Positions 34,501-40,290 of a DNA stretch of 40,290 nucleotides are shown one piece after another. The notes below the pieces were generated by a model. That model was not told the DNA's origin, ran no database searches, and saw nothing but the letters and a program-made list of their open reading frames with translations. The position numbers and the translations under genes are program-made. Location of the stretch: NCBI GenBank assembly GCA_046352645.1, contig JBJTJV010000051.1, positions 1-40,290 on the forward strand, read 5' to 3'. This DNA comes from Chloroflexota bacterium (GTDB taxonomy: Bacteria > Chloroflexota > Limnocylindria > Limnocylindrales > CSP1-4). The first letter of the stretch is position 1. Every line of letters starts with the position of its first letter.

Positions 34501-35993
34501 CCGGCGAGCCGCGCGAGCGCGCCCGCGACCCCGTCATCGCGCAGCGCCGCCAGCCCGCGCGCGAGCGGCGCCACGAGCGCCGGGGCGTCCGCGAGGTCGC
34601 CGAAGACCGGCGCGAAGCGCGTGAACGCCGCCGCCCGCGCCTCGATCGTGGGCTCCCCGACCGCGCGGGCGTGGAGCGTGGCGAGCTCGGCGGCCAGCGG
34701 ATCGTCCACCGCGTGGGTGCGGCCGGCCTCGTCCGTGCCGCCGAGGTAGCGGCACCAGGCCGCGATCGCGAGCGCGAGCCGGTCGATCGGCGCGCCCGCC
34801 GCAAGACGATCGCGCACGGTCCCGAGGAGGCGCTGCGGCAGCTTCTGCGAGCCGTCCATCGCGATCTGCGCGGTCCGGTGGGCGAGCGCGGGGTTCGCGA
34901 AGCGCGCGAGCAGGTCGGCGCGATACGCATCCAGGTCCACCCCGGGGAGCGATCCCGCGACCGTGGGCGCGATCTCCGCGCGCATGAGCGCATCGATGTA
35001 GCGACGCAGCGCCGGCTGGGCGACGGCGGCATCCACGGTCGGCCAGCCGGCGAGCACGCCGAGGTACGCGATCGTGGAGTGCGGGCCGTTGAGCATCCGC
35101 AGCTTGAGGTGCTCCCAGGGCTCGGCCCGCTCCACGAAGCGGGCGCCACCGGCGCTCCAGTCGGGCCGACCCGCCACGAAGCGGTCCTCCACCGCCCACG
35201 CGAGGTATGGCTCCGCGACGATCGCGCCCGCGTCCGCCACGCCGAGCGCGCGCGCCACCTCGGCGCGGTCCGCGTCCGTGGTCCGGGGCACGATCCGGTC
35301 CACCATGCTGTCCGGGAAGGTGCACACGGCCGCGATCCAGCGCGCCAGGTCGCCGTCCACCCGCTCCGCGAACGCAAGGACGAGCCCGCGGAGCGTCTGC
35401 CCGTTCGCGGGCAGGTTGTCCAGCGAGAGGAGTGTCACCGGGCCGCGGCCGGCGGCACGCCGGCGGGCGAGGCCACGGACGATGAACCCGATCGCGCTCG
35501 CGGGCGCCGCCGGGTCGGCGAGGTCGTGGGCGATGTCGGGATGGTCCGGGCGGAGCCGCCGCGTCGCGGGATCGTGGCAGTAGCCCTTCTCGGTGACGGT
35601 GAGGCTCACGATCCGCGTGTCCGGGTGCGCGATCCGCTCGATGACGGCGCCGGGGTCCTCCGGCGCGACGAGGACCTCCCGGACCGAGCCGATCACGCGC
35701 GTGACCGTGCGCTCGGCGTCCCGGAGCGTGAGCGCGTAGAGCCCGCCCTGTGGGCCGAGCGCGTCGCGGACGTCGGGATGGCGGAGCGAGACCCCGATCA
35801 CGCCCCACGCAGGTCCGGCGCCCGCCTCCAGCGCGTCGTCCGTGCAGGCGAGCAGGTGGGCGCGGGCGAACGCGCCGAGCCCGAGGTGGACGATGCCGCC
35901 CCGGAGGCTCCCGCGATCGAACCGCGGCCGGCCGATACCGGCGGGCAGCGCGCCGAGCGCGTCGGGGTGAAGTCGCCGTCCGGGGTCCGTCAT
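34497..35993 (-). CDS. Mannitol-dehydrogenase-family oxidoreductase (fructuronate reductase / D-mannonate oxidoreductase-like)
   Basis: The start is at MTDPGRR, with an ATGA overlap with the upstream stop. Motifs are IVHLGLGAFARAH, IVSLTVTEKGY, DRIVPRTT and KLRMLNGPHS, the long-chain mannitol dehydrogenase family pattern. Confidence 0.8.
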   Translation of the reverse strand: MTDPGRRLHPDALGALPAGIGRPRFDRGSLRGGIVHLGLGAFARAHLLACTDDALEAGAGPAWGVIGVSLRHPDVRDALGPQGGLYALTLRDAERTVTRVIGSVREVLVAPEDPGAVIERIAHPDTRIVSLTVTEKGYCHDPATRRLRPDHPDIAHDLADPAAPASAIGFIVRGLARRRAAGRGPVTLLSLDNLPANGQTLRGLVLAFAERVDGDLARWIAAVCTFPDSMVDRIVPRTTDADRAEVARALGVADAGAIVAEPYLAWAVEDRFVAGRPDWSAGGARFVERAEPWEHLKLRMLNGPHSTIAYLGVLAGWPTVDAAVAQPALRRYIDALMRAEIAPTVAGSLPGVDLDAYRADLLARFANPALAHRTAQIAMDGSQKLPQRLLGTVRDRLAAGAPIDRLALAIAAWCRYLGGTDEAGRTHAVDDPLAAELATLHARAVGEPTIEARAAAFTRFAPVFGDLADAPALVAPLARGLAALRDDGVAGALARLAG

Positions 35994-37054
35994 CGGACGG
36001 TCCCGTCCGCGTCGATCCCCGCGATGCCGTCGCGGTCGTCCCACATCACCGCGAGGAGCCGCGTCGAGAGGCGCTCGCCACCCGCGATCGTCCGCGCGGT
36101 GCCGTTCGCGATCGCCTCGAGGAGCCCCGCATCCGGTCGGCTCGTCCACGGCTCGAGCGCGAAGTCGTATTCGCGGCCCCACCAGGGGTAGTCCGGCCCG
36201 CCGCCCCAGACCTGCCAGAACCAGAGGTAGGGGAAGACCGCGACGTCCCAGCGCATCCCGAAGCCGACCCGGCGCCGGGCGCTCGTCACGCCGTACCAGC
36301 CCTCCGCCATGCCGCTCATCGAGGCCCACTCCGACCGGCGTGCGTCGGGGCCGGGGACCGCCCGCAGGTCGATCGTCCCACCGTCCGCGCGCGGTGCGTG
36401 CGGCCAGGCGAACTCGGCCCCCGGCGCGAGCACGGAATCGGGGGCGGCCGGGCCGGGCTTCGTGGCGCCGGTGGCGGGCGGCAGGTCGATCCGACAGGTC
36501 TCATCGATGAACGGCGCGCCGAAGGCCGGGTGATGCCCCCACATCACCGGGAACGGCGTAGCCGAGGTGTTCTCGATCGTCTCGTCGATGACGAGGACCG
36601 CACGACCGGACGCGAGCGTCAGGCGCTTCTCCACCCGGAAGGGCGTCCGCGCGGTCTCCACGGTGAGCAGCACGCTGACGCGCTCCGGCGTGTCCTCCAC
36701 GATGGAGACGTCCCACGCCGCCGCCCAAAGCTCCCCGTGGAAGGGGATCGGCGCCCCGCGATACGTGACGCCGGGGCCGCCGTTCGGGAAGCACTCCTGC
36801 CAGCCGCCCTCGTAGAGATCCATGAACGCGGTGAGGTCATCCGCGGGGCGCCGGCCGTCCTCGGCGGGGCGACGCAGCCCGATCGCGGAGTGCCACAGCG
36901 CATCGGTGTCGCTCGGCTTGTGGAGGAACGAGACGATGTCGCTCCCCTTGTCCGGGAGCAGCTCCACGCGGATCAGCTCGTTCTCCAGGACGAGGACGCG
37001 CCGGCCACGCTCGTGGATGTCGCGGATCCGGGCGCCGTGGTGATGCCGGCTCAT
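35990..37054 (-). CDS. Aldose-1-epimerase-fold protein (DUF4432/galactose-mutarotase-like)
   Basis: AAGGAGG lies 6 nt upstream of the ATG at 37054. LENELIRVELLPDKGSDIVSFLHK...FHGELW...ENTS...PVMWGHHPAFG...LEPWTS is the mutarotase-like pattern. Confidence 0.7.
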   Translation of the reverse strand: MSRHHHGARIRDIHERGRRVLVLENELIRVELLPDKGSDIVSFLHKPSDTDALWHSAIGLRRPAEDGRRPADDLTAFMDLYEGGWQECFPNGGPGVTYRGAPIPFHGELWAAAWDVSIVEDTPERVSVLLTVETARTPFRVEKRLTLASGRAVLVIDETIENTSATPFPVMWGHHPAFGAPFIDETCRIDLPPATGATKPGPAAPDSVLAPGAEFAWPHAPRADGGTIDLRAVPGPDARRSEWASMSGMAEGWYGVTSARRRVGFGMRWDVAVFPYLWFWQVWGGGPDYPWWGREYDFALEPWTSRPDAGLLEAIANGTARTIAGGERLSTRLLAVMWDDRDGIAGIDADGTVR

Positions 37055-37156
37055 CGGGGTGCCTCCTTCACCGGCGGCCGGACGGGATGACCGGGCGGCG
37101 CCGTCGGACCGGAGCATGACGCCCCCCGGGGACGGATGCGCTCCCCGGGCGCGTCC

Positions 37157-37185
37157 TTGACGGTGCGATCGCCGTGGACGATGCT
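37157..37185 (+). promoter_or_regulatory. Candidate promoter TTGACG-N17-GATGCT upstream of the secreted hypothetical gene
   Basis: The hexamers and spacing are read directly from the sequence in the 222-bp divergent intergenic region. Confidence 0.3.
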
Positions 37186-37276
37186 CCCCCGGGTCGCCCG
37201 CGTCGTCGTCGCGCCGTGATGGGTCGGCGGGCTACCCGAGCGTCGCCGGTCACCGGGCCGGCGGGAAGGGCGAACG

Positions 37277-38008
37277 ATGCTGCATCGACCCGTCTCCGCG
37301 ATCGTCGCGGCGATCCTCCTCGGCTCCCTTGCCGCGGCCCCGGCGCTCGCGCAGCCGACCCCGAGCTCCGGGCCGGGGCTCCTCGGTGCTGCCGACGAGG
37401 CCTGGCGCGACGACTTCACGACCCTCACGACCTGGGAGATCCTCTCGGACGAGGTCGGGACGACCGTCCACGACGCGGCGGCGGGACGGCTCGTCGTCAC
37501 CGTGACGGCGGACCGCTCCACCGTCTGGGACGACCACGTCCTGGACGCCGCCCATCCCGTGCTCCGGGTGGAGGCGCGGGTCGCGGTCGGCGGGGCCGGC
37601 GCGGCCGGGGTGGCGTGCGGCTCGAGCCTCGGCCTGGCCCGCTGGCTGTGGGCCTCGGTGGACGACCTCGGTGACTGGACGTTCGGGCGGCTGATCGACG
37701 GTCGGCTCCAGGTCCTCCAGCGCGGTGAGCTGCCCGTCGCCGTCGGCGCGCCCGGCACCGCCTCGCTCATCGCGATCGAGTGCGCGGCGGACCCGGAGGC
37801 GGGCGGCGACCGAGCCGTCGTCTCGATCGACGGCATCCCCGTGACGACCGCCTTCGACATCCCGGTCGGGCCGTATGACCGGGCGACGATCCTCGTCAGC
37901 TCGGACGCGGCGCCGGTCGAGGGCACGTTCGACGACCTCCTCGTCCACGTCGGGTCCTCCTACCTGCCACCCGCCCAGGGGTCCCTGCCCGGTCCCGGCT
38001 TCGACTGA
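37277..38008 (+). CDS. Secreted hypothetical protein (signal peptide; probable beta-sandwich)
   Basis: The signal peptide MLHRPVSAIVAAILLGSLAAAPALA is followed by QP. Codon bias is coding-like. No family is recognised. Confidence 0.6.
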   Translation: MLHRPVSAIVAAILLGSLAAAPALAQPTPSSGPGLLGAADEAWRDDFTTLTTWEILSDEVGTTVHDAAAGRLVVTVTADRSTVWDDHVLDAAHPVLRVEARVAVGGAGAAGVACGSSLGLARWLWASVDDLGDWTFGRLIDGRLQVLQRGELPVAVGAPGTASLIAIECAADPEAGGDRAVVSIDGIPVTTAFDIPVGPYDRATILVSSDAAPVEGTFDDLLVHVGSSYLPPAQGSLPGPGFD

Positions 38009-38010
38009 CG

Positions 38011-38030
38011 GCGCGGCCCGAGGGCCGCGT
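38011..38030. terminator. Hairpin between convergent genes (CGCGGCC-cgag-GGCCGCG)
   Basis: 7-9 bp GC stem and 4-nt loop, located 3 nt after the secreted-protein stop and 10 nt from the kinase stop. Confidence 0.3.
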
Positions 38031-38039
38031 CCCACCCGG

Positions 38040-39824
38040 TCAGCCGCGCGCGATCTCTGCCTCGAAGACGGTCCCGCGGCCCGTGTCGTGATGGCGCCAC
38101 CAGGTGCACATCTCGTCGAAGAGCCGGGTGCCCAGCCCGGCCCGGCCGGGATCGCCGAGCCCGATGCCGTCGTCCCGCACGACCACCGTGAGCGCCGCCG
38201 GTCGCCCGGAGCCACCGGGGGCCGGGGTGACGCGGATCTCCACCGTCCGCGCGGACCCGTGCCGGATCGCGTTGTTCACGGCTTCGCGGATCACCTCGGC
38301 GACCGCACCGTCGGCGTCCGGGTCGTCCATGAGGGCGGTCTCCGCGCCGCGCTCCACCGTGGAGGTCAGCGTTCGCACACCGTCCCAGACGCCGGTGATC
38401 TCCGCCAGCGCGGCCAGCGTCAGGGGCACCCCCTCCCGCTCCCGCTCCGCGCCCAGTCGCGCATAGGCCCGTGCGACATCGGCGCGGACCGATGCCACGA
38501 GGGCGAAATCCGGCACCCCGGCCGTCCCGAGGCGGATCGCCGCCGCGTGGAGCGCCCCCTGGAGACTGCCGTGGAGGACGTAGGCGAGTCGGCGGCGGAC
38601 GATCGCGCGGCGGCGGCGGATCAGCGCCACCGCCTGCTCCAGCCCCGCGTTCACCGCCCGGAGCTCGTTCTCCGTCCGCGACCGGCGCGCGCTGACCAGG
38701 TGCGAGCTGACGACCGTCGCCCCGGCGAAGACCCCGGCGAGCCCGACCGCGAGCGGCGTGATCCCCGCGGGCATGGGGAGCCCCGTGGACCGGATCGCGA
38801 GCGGGAGGAGGCCGCCCGCGAGCGCGTGGACCCCGAGCGCGAGCGCCGCGGCGCGGGCGATCCCGACGGTCCTGTCGCCCGCGAGTCGGCGGGACGTCGC
38901 CAGCCACGCGAACGTGCAGACCCAGACCACGACGAGATACGGCAGGAGCGCGATCGGCTCCAGGTCGCGGATCGCCGATGGGATCGCGGCGACCGCGAAC
39001 CCGGTCGCCACGAGCGTGGGCCGGAAGCCGTCCGCGAGCCGCATCACCCGGGGCAGCGGGACGCGCACGCTCGGCCGACGCTCCACCGGATCATCGATCG
39101 CTGCCGCGGGTTCCTCGGCGGCGAGGCGGTGGCTCAGGGGGCGCACCTCCTCGTCGATGATCCGCTCCACGTCGGCGCGGATCGCATCCCCGCCGCTCCC
39201 CGGCGTGACCGACGCGAGGGCGCGGTCGAGCGCACGGAGGGCAGGCTCGATGGACGCCCGGACCGCCCCGGAGAGCTCCGCCTCCGCGCGGGCGAGCGCG
39301 GCATCGAGCGATCGTTCGCGCGCGGTCAGCTGCCGTCGCGCGCCCTCCAGCTGCGCGACGAGCGCGTGATGCCGGTCATGGAGCGCGACCGACCACGCGA
39401 TGAACGCGAGGACGGTGGCGTTGAACGCGAAGCCCGCGAGCCGGTAGGGGAGATCGATCCCGTCCAGGGCGCCGAGGAGGACGGCCGCGGCGGCGAACAC
39501 CAGGCTCCGCGCCGCACCGGCGACGGCGAAGGCTCCGAGCACGGCCAGGGGGTCCGGGTCCCCGGCCCGGCAGAGCGCGCGTCGCGCGCCGAGCAGGCAG
39601 GCGAGGAGCGCGAGCTGCCCGAGGACGGCGGCCACGGCCCACGCGGACGGGTCCCCGCCGTAATGGGCCGTCTCGCCGATGAGCGTGTAGCCCACCCCGA
39701 GCGGGAGCATGATCAGCCCGACCCGGACGGAGAGCGCGCTCGCCGATCCGAGGGGTGCGAGGGCCGAGCGGAGTGCCGGCATGGCGCCACGCAGCCGATC
39801 CGGCGGGCCCATCGGTCCGGTCAC
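38040..39824 (-). CDS. Membrane sensor histidine kinase (HisKA_3-like dimerisation domain plus HATPase_c) with two separate transmembrane blocks
   Basis: The C-terminus reads RRLAYVLHGSLQGALH (H-box), EVIREAVNNAIRHG (N-box), VRDDGIGLG (G1) and GLGTRL (G2). Hydrophobic blocks lie at about residues 25-150 and 265-385, separated by a helical segment that itself carries an LHD...Q motif. The GTG start overlaps the response-regulator stop (GTGA). Confidence 0.8.
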   Translation of the reverse strand: MTGPMGPPDRLRGAMPALRSALAPLGSASALSVRVGLIMLPLGVGYTLIGETAHYGGDPSAWAVAAVLGQLALLACLLGARRALCRAGDPDPLAVLGAFAVAGAARSLVFAAAAVLLGALDGIDLPYRLAGFAFNATVLAFIAWSVALHDRHHALVAQLEGARRQLTARERSLDAALARAEAELSGAVRASIEPALRALDRALASVTPGSGGDAIRADVERIIDEEVRPLSHRLAAEEPAAAIDDPVERRPSVRVPLPRVMRLADGFRPTLVATGFAVAAIPSAIRDLEPIALLPYLVVVWVCTFAWLATSRRLAGDRTVGIARAAALALGVHALAGGLLPLAIRSTGLPMPAGITPLAVGLAGVFAGATVVSSHLVSARRSRTENELRAVNAGLEQAVALIRRRRAIVRRRLAYVLHGSLQGALHAAAIRLGTAGVPDFALVASVRADVARAYARLGAEREREGVPLTLAALAEITGVWDGVRTLTSTVERGAETALMDDPDADGAVAEVIREAVNNAIRHGSARTVEIRVTPAPGGSGRPAALTVVVRDDGIGLGDPGRAGLGTRLFDEMCTWWRHHDTGRGTVFEAEIARG

Positions 39825-40290
39825 GGCGTTCCGGGGGCGTCCGGCCGGACCGCGGGGGCGTCGATGACGGGAGCGCCGCTCTCCTGCACGAACCGCGTCG
39901 CGAGGGCCACCCGCAGGTTCTCCCCGGGGCCGATCCGGATGCCGAGCGTGGTCACCGCACGGGCGATCGTCTTCTCCACCGCCTTCTCCGTCATCCCGCG
40001 CTCCTCGGCGATCCGGGCGTTCGTGTGGCCGAGCGCGACGAGTCGCAGGACGTCGATCTGCCGGCGGGTGAGCGCCGCAAGGGGGCGGGATGGGTCGCGG
40101 TCGTGGCGCGTGGCGGCGTCCGCTGCGCCGCGGATCGTGGCGTCCACGGCGGCGACGAGGAGATCGAGGTCATGGATCGCGGACTTGCGCAGGTAGGTGA
40201 CCCCGTAGTCACCGGCGCCAAGCGCACCCGCGTCTTCGGCAACTCGCCGAAGAACGTCGTCCGCTACGACAGCACTGCCGGCTGCTGAGG
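39821..40290 (-). CDS. NarL/LuxR-family response regulator (5' end beyond the window)
   Basis: The frame is open to the window edge. ...GVTYLRKSAIHDLDLLVAAVDATIRG is the end of a receiver domain. LTRRQIDVLRLVALGHTNARIAEERGMTEKAVEKTIARA is the LuxR/GerE HTH domain. Confidence 0.8.
   Translation of the reverse strand, partial: SAAGSAVVADDVLRRVAEDAGALGAGDYGVTYLRKSAIHDLDLLVAAVDATIRGAADAATRHDRDPSRPLAALTRRQIDVLRLVALGHTNARIAEERGMTEKAVEKTIARAVTTLGIRIGPGENLRVALATRFVQESGAPVIDAPAVRPDAPGTP

Noticed and set aside
1-40290. Mobile elements, prophage, CRISPR arrays, tRNA or rRNA genes, and defence or toxin-antitoxin systems
   Set aside because: I saw no transposase, integrase, recombinase, Cas, nuclease/ATPase defence-type or toxin-like ORF. 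There is no repeat-spacer periodicity and no terminal inverted repeats. The intergenic gaps are too short or too unstructured for tRNA genes. The only repeated DNA is the 12-bp palindrome and the diverged kinase paralogue pair.

Overview
Very GC-rich bacterial DNA, Actinobacteria-like in style. Third codon positions are almost always G/C. Of 30 scorable stop codons, 27 are TGA, 3 are TAG and none is TAA. Many gene pairs show ATGA/GTGA start-stop overlaps. Long spurious antisense ORFs are common and were discarded.

The window is a carbohydrate and sugar-acid catabolic island. It contains no rRNA, tRNA, CRISPR array, transposase, integrase or phage gene that I can see.

Gene content in order:
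- A truncated GH2-like gene, divergent from a tandem MBL-fold hydrolase and a GH38 alpha-mannosidase.
- A Cys-type sulfatase, a TIM-barrel GH-like protein and an enolase-superfamily sugar-acid dehydratase.
- A minus-strand operon: small ORF, GH31, Gfo/Idh/MocA oxidoreductase, MFS transporter.
- A plus-strand operon: GH63-like hydrolase, glucuronate isomerase, GH13-like enzyme.
- A minus-strand operon: class-III aminotransferase, MFS transporter, transaldolase, DUF1355-like protein.
- Divergent from that operon: a GntR regulator, cupin, enolase-superfamily dehydratase, SDR and rhamnose-mutarotase-like operon (non-phosphorylative deoxy-sugar route).
- A URO-D-like gene with a degraded sensor-kinase paralogue, and a divergent P450.
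- An orphan solute-binding protein carrying an unrecognised C-terminal domain.
- A mannitol-dehydrogenase-family (fructuronate reductase-like) gene with a mutarotase-like gene.
- A secreted hypothetical protein, then an intact membrane histidine kinase with a NarL-type response regulator that runs off the window end.

I see no convincing novel multi-gene system such as a defence, toxin or secretion system. The observations most worth following up are:
1. A 12-bp perfect palindrome, TTGAACGTTCAA, present four times. Each copy sits on a promoter of a glycoside-hydrolase transcription unit. No cognate regulator is encoded in the window.
2. Five interrupted reading frames: two in-frame TAG codons and three single-nucleotide frame changes. 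These are pseudogenes, assembly errors or recoding events.
3. An unusual internally duplicated histidine kinase and its deleted paralogue.
4. Several domain fusions of unknown function.
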